In this document: piece after piece, positions 9,122 to 18,267 of the stretch
How positions within the stretch are numbered: position 1 is the stretch's first letter
Layout of the letters: each line of letters opens with the position of its first letter
Source: an uncultured archaeon
GTDB lineage: Archaea > Asgardarchaeota > Lokiarchaeia > Sigyniarchaeales > SOKP01
Direction of reading: 5' to 3'
NCBI GenBank assembly: GCA_964632315.1
Contig: CAZWEM010000016.1
Span: forward strand, 13,924-77,923
DNA length: 64,000 nt
The notes under the pieces: model-generated
Seen by the model: the letters and a program-made list of their open reading frames with translations, nothing else
Told to the model about the DNA's origin: nothing
The model's database searches: none
Program-made: the position numbers and the translations under genes

Positions 9122-10774
9122 ATACTTCAAGAAGATTTCAGTGACTATGGGGAATTTTTAGAAAAATTACGAGAATACACTGACAAAATTGAATCTTTAA
9201 GCAATGAAGATGAGAGATCAAAGTTACTTGAAGCCCTAATGGAGGATTCTGTCAATTTTGCAAAAGAAACTGCAGAATCTGGTGAGTTTTTTGAAGCAGG
9301 AGAATTCATTTACTCTGCTGCTACATTATTGGAAGAATATGACCCATCAAAATCTTTAAACTTATATGCAATTACTCAAAATTATTGGGAGAAACAAATA
9401 TCTTCTTATAAACTGCAAGCTAAATTACATGAAATCGCTGAGGTCTATCTAAGAATAGCTGATTTACACGCAGAAAAGTTTCGTGATCAAAAACTCGAAC
9501 AAGAAAATATCTTAAATAGTATTAACTTTTTAAAGCAAGAAAGCAAACTATTAGAAGATTTTGATGAAAAAAGGAAGTTAGTACAAAATTATCAAAATAT
9601 TGCTGAATTATATTTAAAAGTTTCTGATTATCAAAATGCTATCAAGTATTTTTCTTACGTAATCGAACTTGGTACCCAATTTAACTATTTTGATTTATTA
9701 TCATATTCATATCAGCAGATATCCTCTTGTTATGAGGAAATAGATGAATATGAGAAATCGAGTGACATAATTTTGCAAGGAATGGATTACTTTCTCGATT
9801 TATTTGAAGTTTTCGAACGTAAGAATGATAATCTAGCTATAGCACAGCTTTCTCAAGTTTTGCGAAAGTTGCATGAATTAAAAGATGATAACGATCAATT
9901 TATTTATTATTCTAAAAGAGAGGCTGGTGCATATATTAACTTAGCTGAAAATTTGAAAAAAAAGCCTAAAAATTTTCAAAAAATTGCTCGATATTATCGT
10001 GGTGCTGCCCTTTGCTATCAAGAAATAGATAATAATCTTATAGAATCTGCGTCTTGTTTTGTTTTAGCAGGAAACTATTCAGAAAGAGTAGAAGATTTTG
10101 AAGGGGCTGCTACGAATTTCTTTAATGCTGCTATAACTTTTAAAGAAATGAATAACTTAGATATGTCCTATCGAAATTTTGTGAGAGCAGGAGATAATTA
10201 TTGGAAGAGTGGAAACGTAAACGATTCTACTGAAAGTTATTTGAATGCATATGATAATGCTGTTGAGGGTAAATTAGAATATAATCGCTTTGGTTTATTT
10301 AACCAGATTGTAAGAGGATTAAGTATTATAGCAAAAGAAGGTTTAAAAAATAAGCAATTTTACATCGCTGCGACGCTCATTTTAGAAAGCATCAAATTTT
10401 ACCAACAAATAGACAATGCTAAAGATTTCCTTTTGAATGAAATGGTCCGAAATGTTTATAAATATTATTATAAGGCAGCAAATTTAAAGAAAATTGGTCA
10501 ATCCCACATCGTGCAGTCATACATTCTTGCAGCTCTTTCTTCAATCTTGAATGGACAAATCGAAAAAGCTCGAAAAATCATATCGGAAATTGAGCCCGAT
10601 GGAACTATTGTACAGAAATACAAAAAACTTGTTGAATTAATTATTTCCTGGGTTAATAATGGTCAAAAAGTTTCTTATGAAAAATTACCTTACCAAATCC
10701 AACGACTAATCGAGAACTCTGAAGAAATAATGTACCTCTTGAACTTATTTAAGGGTTATAAGGTTATCGTGTAG
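9122..10774 (+). CDS. TPR/alpha-SNAP-like helical repeat protein (probable ATA start at 9122; track start 9239)
   Basis: Repeated A..Y..AA helical motifs (EAGEFIYSAA; ESASCFVLAG; GAATNFFNAA). The frame is open back to ATA 9122, after a TGA at 9113. Confidence 0.75.
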   Translation: MLQEDFSDYGEFLEKLREYTDKIESLSNEDERSKLLEALMEDSVNFAKETAESGEFFEAGEFIYSAATLLEEYDPSKSLNLYAITQNYWEKQISSYKLQAKLHEIAEVYLRIADLHAEKFRDQKLEQENILNSINFLKQESKLLEDFDEKRKLVQNYQNIAELYLKVSDYQNAIKYFSYVIELGTQFNYFDLLSYSYQQISSCYEEIDEYEKSSDIILQGMDYFLDLFEVFERKNDNLAIAQLSQVLRKLHELKDDNDQFIYYSKREAGAYINLAENLKKKPKNFQKIARYYRGAALCYQEIDNNLIESASCFVLAGNYSERVEDFEGAATNFFNAAITFKEMNNLDMSYRNFVRAGDNYWKSGNVNDSTESYLNAYDNAVEGKLEYNRFGLFNQIVRGLSIIAKEGLKNKQFYIAATLILESIKFYQQIDNAKDFLLNEMVRNVYKYYYKAANLKKIGQSHIVQSYILAALSSILNGQIEKARKIISEIEPDGTIVQKYKKLVELIISWVNNGQKVSYEKLPYQIQRLIENSEEIMYLLNLFKGYKVIV

Positions 10775-10866
10775 ATTTATCTCTCAATTTCTAGAATTTT
10801 AGAAAGATTCCCTTTTAACTATTTAGAGTTTTAACTTTTTATTTTTTCCTTTATTACCTTAAATTA

Positions 10867-11544
10867 TTGATCATGAAACCTGAAAAAATCATTCTCAGTT
10901 TTGACCTCGATAACACCTTAATTAATAATCGGGAGGGAATCGTTAATTCTTTCAATCATGCTCTCCAACAATTTGATTTACCTTTAATGAACACAGATGA
11001 TATAGAAAAAATGATTGGAATTCCCCTTCATCAAATGTTTTCTAAAATTACTAAAACAAATGTAGATGAACTTGTCATGACATTTAGGGAATATTATGTA
11101 CGTAAAGGAATCTATCAGGGACACTTGATCACTGGTGTTAAGGATAAACTACAAGAATTAAACGATGCTGGGTTTATCATGGGAGTGATTACCTCAAAAA
11201 AACAAGAAATGGCTGAAAAAATGGTTGAGATTCTAAAAATTCGAAAATTTTTCGATTATGTTTTGGGAGAAACCGATGACCGAAAAGAGCTTGGAAAGTT
11301 AGATCCATCGCTGAAATTATTTTTTCAAACGAAATATCCTAATCATCACGTCATGGTAATTGGAGATCATCCTAAAGACGTATTGCTTTCCAATAATTTG
11401 GAATGTCCTTTTATAGGTGTCCTCACTGGCAATCATTCCGCTCAAGAACTAAGTGAACTCAAAAAGGGTAGATACTTGATTTTAAACAGTATTCAAGAAA
11501 TCAATCAAAATATAATTAATGAGCTATTATGCTCAGTTCCTTGA
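10867..11544 (+). CDS. HAD-superfamily hydrolase, phosphoglycolate phosphatase-like
   Basis: FDLDNTL motif I, ITSK motif II, IGDHPKD motif IV. Confidence 0.9.
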   Translation: MIMKPEKIILSFDLDNTLINNREGIVNSFNHALQQFDLPLMNTDDIEKMIGIPLHQMFSKITKTNVDELVMTFREYYVRKGIYQGHLITGVKDKLQELNDAGFIMGVITSKKQEMAEKMVEILKIRKFFDYVLGETDDRKELGKLDPSLKLFFQTKYPNHHVMVIGDHPKDVLLSNNLECPFIGVLTGNHSAQELSELKKGRYLILNSIQEINQNIINELLCSVP

Positions 11545-11580
11545 TGATATTTATATAATAAAAAAGAAATAAAAAATAAA

Positions 11581-13038
11581 TTATTCTTTTCCCCAGGATT
11601 CATATTCCTTCATAAATTCCTCGGGTTTCCATTGAGTCTCCATGAACTTTGGAATGCCAGAACTGTCTCGTGGACCAACTACAACAAACGCATTCGCTTC
11701 ATCTTCCAAGGCCCCACTTAATCGAGCTGCCATCCCAGGAAGCACGAGAATCCGGTGCTTTACCTTATCAAAAGGCTTAAATTCGTTTACCGCTTCGGCG
11801 ATTCCCCCAGCGGAAAACTGTCCTCCAGCAACGGCTGATTCAATCCCAATTCCTTCCGTATCAACTACTAATAAATAACAGGCCAAGTTAGCCCCTTGTA
11901 GGTCTTGCTCCACGGGGATCTTGGTCATGCGATAGTTACTTGTCACAAAGACAGGTGCCATGTCTCCAGGTTCGCCGACCTTATAAAGACCGGGATCAAC
12001 AGCAGGGTAAATGCGAGGGTCGCTGTACACGCTCTGCCTTAAAGTCATTAAAGCTAAGAGTGCCCAAATTTCATCTTGTAATTGTCCCGTATGAAGTACT
12101 ATAAGGCTGGTTCCAATTGCTTCCATGATCGCACCCATGATGACTTCTTCATATTGATGCCTCCAAAGATCCTTATCACCTTCTACCTTGACTTGAGACC
12201 AATACGCAGCTGGTACGCCCATAATTGGCCATCCTGCATTCTTATTCTCCTTGTCAATACCAGCAATTCGAAGTTGCATGATATTATCATACGTGACGGT
12301 TAAATTTCCAGGACCAAAATAAGTTCCAGCGTCCAAAACAATGTCTTTCACGCCTAGTTTTTGTAAAGTTGCACTTAATGACATTAATTCGTCAATATTT
12401 TGAGAAACAGCCGCAATTGGTAGGTCATTTTGCACGGCAAATGTGCCTATCTTTTCCCAACTGTCTTTTGTCGCGGCATAAAGTAATGGCCTTTGGGTCT
12501 TAATTTCACCCGCAGCTCCTAATAAATTATCGGTATTTAAACTACATAAAATTATAGGGAGATTCGAGGCTTCAGTTAACTTTTTTGCTGCCAATTTAAA
12601 TTGATCTGCATCTCCAGATACATTCCTTAATGCTATTCCGTTAACCTTTAACACATCTCCAATGCGTTCAACTGTTAAATTTGTTAAATATTTCGCTTTA
12701 TCCTCGAGGTCGGGGTCATCATCAGCAATCTCAACGAAAATAGCAGTTTGATTGTAGTACGTTAATTGATGACGAAAAAGCACTTCCTCTCCTCCTATAA
12801 TAACTTGACGCTCTCCAGTACCAATGATTACGGGTTTTTGAGGCGGTGTGACCAACTTAATTAGCTTTTCTCGATTCTTGGCTTGCCGAGATTCCTTCAT
12901 GAGATGCGTACAATCTTGAACCCGAACCTTGCGTTCAAGAAGGTCAGTAGCAAAGGCCATACATGTATCATAACCACAATCCTTGCAATTTGACTTATCT
13001 AATAGACTATATATATCGAGTGGACTTGGTCTTCCCAT
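11581..13038 (-). CDS. cdhE: Acetyl-CoA decarbonylase/synthase gamma subunit (corrinoid Fe-S protein large subunit)
   Basis: NCKDCGYDTCMAFA...C 4Fe-4S motif, IGGEEVLFRH, PLLYAAT, YSDPR, VTSNY, VGPRDSSGIP. Confidence 0.95.
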   Translation of the reverse strand: MGRPSPLDIYSLLDKSNCKDCGYDTCMAFATDLLERKVRVQDCTHLMKESRQAKNREKLIKLVTPPQKPVIIGTGERQVIIGGEEVLFRHQLTYYNQTAIFVEIADDDPDLEDKAKYLTNLTVERIGDVLKVNGIALRNVSGDADQFKLAAKKLTEASNLPIILCSLNTDNLLGAAGEIKTQRPLLYAATKDSWEKIGTFAVQNDLPIAAVSQNIDELMSLSATLQKLGVKDIVLDAGTYFGPGNLTVTYDNIMQLRIAGIDKENKNAGWPIMGVPAAYWSQVKVEGDKDLWRHQYEEVIMGAIMEAIGTSLIVLHTGQLQDEIWALLALMTLRQSVYSDPRIYPAVDPGLYKVGEPGDMAPVFVTSNYRMTKIPVEQDLQGANLACYLLVVDTEGIGIESAVAGGQFSAGGIAEAVNEFKPFDKVKHRILVLPGMAARLSGALEDEANAFVVVGPRDSSGIPKFMETQWKPEEFMKEYESWGKE

Positions 13039-13281
13039 TTTTCATTCCTATCCGTTCTAATTTTAGAGAATTTAATTTTGAATAAGTATGTCTAGGTTAA
13101 TTTTGAATTGTAATTAAAATTTAGTTTTTCCTTATTGGATGTATATTTTCTAACATTTTCATCTATCAAAAACGATATTAGTATATATCAAGTGGTTCAT
13201 TTTTCCCCATCTTTGATTTAAGATATGTCAATATAAATTAAAATGAGTTACTCTGTAAGATTAATTTTAGTTAAATGAAAA

Positions 13282-13385
13282 GCAGTAAAGAGAATAGAAA
13301 GAGGAGAGCTCTATTTTTAGAGAAAGGGGTAAATTTGTGCGAATGGATAAAATTTGTATAGCCTTCCTTTTCCATTCTCTTCTGC
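13282..13385 (-). ncRNA. Candidate structured RNA with a terminal stem of more than 20 bp
   Basis: gcagtaaagagaatagaaagaggagagc (13282-13309) is complementary to gccttccttttccattctcttctgc (13361-13385). A G-U pair favours the minus strand. TTTAAATA box at 13434-13427. Confidence 0.4.
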
Positions 13386-13452
13386 GAAACAATATCAAAA
13401 AAACTAACAATGATTAGATACTTATGTATTTAAAGCCCACCTATATTTCTGA

Positions 13453-13953
13453 TCAGAATGCTATTTCGGGTAAAATCTCATTTATGTAATGAACATTTTC
13501 AGCATTGACTTCCTGGACAAGTCTTTTTGACATCGAATTGATAAAGCCCCAAATCTCGATTTGTTTCTGTAATTGTTTTAACTTTCTCACTATTTCAATA
13601 AAATCACTGTCACCACTAACCAAGATGGCTCTATCAAAGACATCTTCAGTGGCTAACTCCACTATGTCTCGATAAAGAAATATATCAAGTTGTTTTTGTA
13701 CTTTTTTTCCACTCGGTGTAGTTTTGACTGGTCTTGATTGTATTACATAACCTTGGGAGGTTAAATAATCGAGAAAGCGACGTTTTTTAGGATAAACAGT
13801 TTCTGGAATTCCCATATACATGAAAGCCCCAACTAAATAGTCATCTTTAGTTAATATTTGCTTGAATTTTTGGTAATCAATTCTCATTTTCAAATCCTCA
13901 ATTGAATGGAAGAGATTAGCATGATCTATAAAAATAATCGTTCTAACAGTCAA
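13453..13953 (-). CDS. NYN domain (LabA/DUF88) PIN-fold nuclease
   Basis: FIDHANL, QKQLDI, LVSGDSDF motifs. Confidence 0.9.
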   Translation of the reverse strand: MTVRTIIFIDHANLFHSIEDLKMRIDYQKFKQILTKDDYLVGAFMYMGIPETVYPKKRRFLDYLTSQGYVIQSRPVKTTPSGKKVQKQLDIFLYRDIVELATEDVFDRAILVSGDSDFIEIVRKLKQLQKQIEIWGFINSMSKRLVQEVNAENVHYINEILPEIAF

Positions 13954-14124
13954 TTTAAACCCCTTATAGATAATATCGTAAACTACCCTTATTTTATAAG
14001 TTAATATATAAACATAGAGGATTTTTGAATGATTTTCTCGAAAATAAAAAAGAGAGTGAAAATATGAAGGTTTTTTTAGATAATTGAATGATGGATCACC
14101 ATAACTGAATTAAGGAGTGTTTCC

Positions 14125-14247
14125 TTAGGGAACTGTACCCCCACCTGGAGGATACCAATGAATTTTCCCAAATGATGCAAAACCTAACCATAATGCGATG
14201 ATACTTAATACTGATAAAGCAATCATCAATTTTTTACTTTTATCCAT
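14125..14247 (-). CDS. 40-aa small protein with a signal peptide or single TM helix
   Basis: MDKSKKLMIALSVLSIIALWLGFASFGKIHWYPPGGGTVP*. GAGGT SD about 9 nt upstream; TTTATATA box at 14310-14303. Confidence 0.65.
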   Translation of the reverse strand: MDKSKKLMIALSVLSIIALWLGFASFGKIHWYPPGGGTVP

Positions 14248-14335
14248 GATGTTTGTACCTCATTTTTTTATCTAATGGTACGACTATCATTATTTGAATG
14301 ACTATATAAACCCCGAATAAAAATAAACCCTAAAA

Positions 14336-17300
14336 TTATTCATCATTTTTGAAAGGAGGATAATTAAATACAAAATTTTTTCCTATAAGTTTCCAATTCT
14401 TCCATTGTTTCTCAGTATTGTTCCATATTAAATTTTTAAATGGATTAAATTTATCATATTCGAAATCATGTAAAATAGATTTAAGAAATGGGGTTCCATC
14501 GACGAGCTCAGTTATGATAAACCAATGTTTTATTCCTAAAATTTCAAATATTTTGTTAAATAGGTCTATATAAAGTGAAATTTCAGTATCTGGAAACCAT
14601 ATTTTGATTGATAATCCACTTTCAAACACTTGTTTTTCATTTGAATTGTGAATATAATATTCTCCTTTAATTTCACATATTTTGACCACATTAAAAAAAC
14701 AGAAAATATCAATTAGAATTTCAATCTGATTTTTATTTAAATTGGGAACAATAATCTTGATATGCTCATGAAGCATCAAGTTCTTGAATTTAGGGTATAT
14801 GTAAATCAATTTCTTTCTTATTAAGGATTTTAGGATTGGTTCAATCTTTCCCCCCAATTTTGTGTTTATGAACTTTTTAAGATTTTTTGATTTTTTCCCA
14901 TATATTTGAAGTAAATCTCTAAATTCCTTAGAATTGGGAGAAAGGAATTCCCCAGGTTCGTATAGTTGAGCTTTTTTCGCATTTAATTTCGTAGGATTAT
15001 ATTTTGAATCGAATAAAACTTTATAGGCATAAGATTCAAACTTGCTTATATCTCCAATCCATCTATGAGGATCTAAATTTTGATAGAAATTTGTGTATCT
15101 TAATTCTGTTTTTTTCGTGAATAAAATATACTCACTTATGTTTTTCTTGGAGGAAGTCATCCAATTCACGTAACTTATTAGAGATTTGGGATTATTTCTA
15201 GGGAAAATGTAAGAAATAAAAAAACCAATAAATTTAGGAGATAATGAAGTAATTTTAATGGATTGGAAGTTATTAGCCAGTAACAACCTATAATCTACAT
15301 CATTTGCATCAATAGGTTGGATATATAAAAAGTATCTATCTAATCCAAATTTATTTAATATGGGAAGAACCTTTATTCTTTTAATATAATTCTGGTAAAA
15401 TTTTTTGTTTTTCATTTTATTAAATTCGTCATTTAGAAGAAATTTATCAATTTTAAGATTAAAATCCTCTAATTGGCTTAATTGAGAAAGATCTAAACTT
15501 GATCTTTCAATATATCTCTTTGTATTAATTAAATCACTGAATTCACCAAGTTTATACTTTGATTCCCATATATTAGAAAATGAACTAAATTCTTTCATAG
15601 TACTGGATGGGATCATTGAACCTAGAAGATTCGAAGAATATTTATTGAATTCTTCAAATAATGAACGCTTATACAGGAATTCTTTGGAAATAAAATCATA
15701 GAAATCCTTTCTTGTAAAAGAGCTAAATATTCCTGGATTTAAAAATCTATTACAAACAATGATCTCGCTAAAAAATTGACTATAAAGGATTGAAAGAAAG
15801 GTTGTTCTCTCTTTATTTGACAAATTAGGGATACTCAATTCACAGTAGATAAATTTAGAGGAATTAAAAACATCAGTTATGATATGAATTATATTACTTG
15901 GGAATAGAGTACAGAATTCTTCTAATTTTTCATAAACTTCTTGAGAATATCTTAGTATTACGTTGATATACTGCCTAGCGACAGTAAAAGCAGGTATAGA
16001 CCCTAAAAGCATGGGGTGAATTACGGGAGGATCACTTGATGAAAATTTTTCTAATTTATTTTCTATTCTTTGACTACTGATCTGTCGAACTCTTGAATCA
16101 TCGTATATCGTATCTAATTTCTCTTCCTTTTTTTGATAAATTTCAGTTGATAATTCAATTTCTTTTATAATATTTTGTATTGATCTTGGATTGAAAATCT
16201 TCATTTCCTTACAGTTTTCTAAAAATTCATAAAAAAGTGTTAAATGGGATAATTTTTCATTAAATGTATCGTAATTTTTTGTGTATAACGATAAAACGTC
16301 TTTGTAAATCAATTTTAGAGCTTCTATGTCATTAACGACTAATTTTTCATCAAATGTACCAAAATTCTTGTCTCTTTGTAAGATTGATTTTAAGTCTTCT
16401 ATTGTATTAATTTTAAAAATTTCTTTTTTTAATTTAGGTATAATTCTTAAGATCTTCAGGACATTTGATATTCTTTTATTAATTAAAAAAAATCCTAAAT
16501 CTTGATTCCTTCTTAGTAGGTTTAAGAATTCTGTTCTTATCTTTTCAGATTTTCTAATGATGTCTAATTGTGTTCTTAATTTTCTTACGACTTTTTTTTG
16601 ATGGAATATTTCATTTAATAAATCGGTCTTTAATTGGGTTAATGTTGCAGTTCGTCGTTCAAAGCCAAACCCTGTTATGGAAAAATGTCTTACTCTGTCA
16701 AGGAGAAGAAAATCTAATAAACTCAGATTTTTAAAAATTGTTTTATCACTATAATTAAGTGAGAATTTCAACTCCAATTCATTATTATAATGCTTACTAT
16801 TTGGAGTTACAAATTTTCCTTCTCCGAAAAATTCTTTTAGATAATTTAAATTTAAGAAATTTCTAAAAAATTCAATTCTATAAATCGAACCATCTTTAAG
16901 ATAACCCCTTTGTTTTAAATTAATGAAATATCTTTTAAGATCATTAACGTAAGAATTAGGAATCACAAAATATCCAAAAACCGCTGTTGTTAAACCTATG
17001 ACTGAGATTCGAGGGTATAAAAAAAAAGGCATATTTTCAAGCAAATCATTTATTTGTGCCCATCGAATACTAGGCTCAAAATGAAAATAAGAGATAAAGA
17101 AAGATAGATCTAATGTATTCCAATCTACTTGATATGTTGGAGCACAAAATGAACGCTGATTTAAGATTCTAACGTTTTGAGAAAAGGATCTCAAACTTAA
17201 ATCTGTTCTTATTTCCCCATTTTGTTTCATCTCTTTAAAGTATTCTTGGTAGTCGAGAAGGGCTTTATAGTTTTTCACCTTGTAAAAAATATATTTAAGA

Positions 17301-17929
17301 ATTCTAATTGTTTCTAGAATATCGTCTTGTTTAAGGATCTTTTTCATTCTTTTTAAAAACTGTAGTCCTAATTTATCAAATATATCGTCATCAATGGGTT
17401 TAAGCTCAAGTGTTCTGATATAATTAAAGAAAAAAGAGATAATGCTTTCACTAGAATCGGGATCTTCTAGTTTTAGAAACTTTAATAGAGAATCATAGTT
17501 ATTTGTAAAATAGAAGTTATATGTATCATAACTACGAATAAATTTTTTCCAATCATTTGAAATAGGTAACTTTTCTAGCTCTACTTCAATCATCATATAG
17601 ATTAAAAATTGAAATTGGATAAAGTTTTGAAAATATGTGGGAATAAAAAGTCTATAAGCCTCACGTAATAATATTATGGGAAAATATTTCTTGTATTCTA
17701 TCGAAATATGAATTATTGATTCATTGTTCTCAATTCTTCTTTCAACACCAAAATCAAAAGGATGCTTATTTTTTGGTATATGAGAGTTTACTTTAATCTT
17801 TATATTACTAAAGCTTTCAAACAAGGGATTAAGGTTTAATTCATCCTTAAGATTTTGAATTAATTTATCATATATTTGTTGAATTTGTGAAATTTCAATT
17901 TTTTTGAGTAAATCTGCTATTTGAGTAAT
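14336..17929 (-). CDS. Large (about 1197 aa) lineage-specific protein with degenerate Lrp/wHTH-like repeats (probable ATT start at 17929; track start 17824)
   Basis: Long uninterrupted ORF. Recurrent Lrp-linker-like segments (YQVDWNTLDLSFF, PILNKFGLDRYFLYI, PKFKNLMLHEHIKII). Function not established. Confidence 0.7.
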   Translation of the reverse strand: MTQIADLLKKIEISQIQQIYDKLIQNLKDELNLNPLFESFSNIKIKVNSHIPKNKHPFDFGVERRIENNESIIHISIEYKKYFPIILLREAYRLFIPTYFQNFIQFQFLIYMMIEVELEKLPISNDWKKFIRSYDTYNFYFTNNYDSLLKFLKLEDPDSSESIISFFFNYIRTLELKPIDDDIFDKLGLQFLKRMKKILKQDDILETIRILKYIFYKVKNYKALLDYQEYFKEMKQNGEIRTDLSLRSFSQNVRILNQRSFCAPTYQVDWNTLDLSFFISYFHFEPSIRWAQINDLLENMPFFLYPRISVIGLTTAVFGYFVIPNSYVNDLKRYFINLKQRGYLKDGSIYRIEFFRNFLNLNYLKEFFGEGKFVTPNSKHYNNELELKFSLNYSDKTIFKNLSLLDFLLLDRVRHFSITGFGFERRTATLTQLKTDLLNEIFHQKKVVRKLRTQLDIIRKSEKIRTEFLNLLRRNQDLGFFLINKRISNVLKILRIIPKLKKEIFKINTIEDLKSILQRDKNFGTFDEKLVVNDIEALKLIYKDVLSLYTKNYDTFNEKLSHLTLFYEFLENCKEMKIFNPRSIQNIIKEIELSTEIYQKKEEKLDTIYDDSRVRQISSQRIENKLEKFSSSDPPVIHPMLLGSIPAFTVARQYINVILRYSQEVYEKLEEFCTLFPSNIIHIITDVFNSSKFIYCELSIPNLSNKERTTFLSILYSQFFSEIIVCNRFLNPGIFSSFTRKDFYDFISKEFLYKRSLFEEFNKYSSNLLGSMIPSSTMKEFSSFSNIWESKYKLGEFSDLINTKRYIERSSLDLSQLSQLEDFNLKIDKFLLNDEFNKMKNKKFYQNYIKRIKVLPILNKFGLDRYFLYIQPIDANDVDYRLLLANNFQSIKITSLSPKFIGFFISYIFPRNNPKSLISYVNWMTSSKKNISEYILFTKKTELRYTNFYQNLDPHRWIGDISKFESYAYKVLFDSKYNPTKLNAKKAQLYEPGEFLSPNSKEFRDLLQIYGKKSKNLKKFINTKLGGKIEPILKSLIRKKLIYIYPKFKNLMLHEHIKIIVPNLNKNQIEILIDIFCFFNVVKICEIKGEYYIHNSNEKQVFESGLSIKIWFPDTEISLYIDLFNKIFEILGIKHWFIITELVDGTPFLKSILHDFEYDKFNPFKNLIWNNTEKQWKNWKLIGKNFVFNYPPFKNDE

Positions 17930-18048
17930 CTCTTATCTCAACCTATATCCGTATTTTTCTAATGATTTATCTTATAAGATTAGATGCACCTTGTTAATAA
18001 ATATTACTTCCGATCATCATAATTTTGAATTATTAAAAAGATAAAGGA

Positions 18049-18144
18049 GTTAAGAAGGAAAGTAAAATTCACCTAATTGTATTAAAAAGGAGTTTAAGAG
18101 GGCGAAATCCAAATTTTGAGCATAATTTTGCTTTCCATTCTAAC
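18049..18144 (-). ncRNA. Candidate structured leader or sRNA with a terminal stem of about 20 bp
   Basis: gttaagaaggaaagtaaaatt (18049-18069) is complementary to aattttgctttccattctaac (18124-18144). TTTATATA box at 18173-18166. Confidence 0.35.
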
Positions 18145-18267
18145 ATTTTCTTATTGAGAATGAACTATATAAACTCAGAAAAAAAGATGTTTCCAATAGA
18201 AACTTTAATTTGACTCGCGAGTAAGCAACCTTTCATAAACAATTTATTAATTAGATTATTTAGTTCA

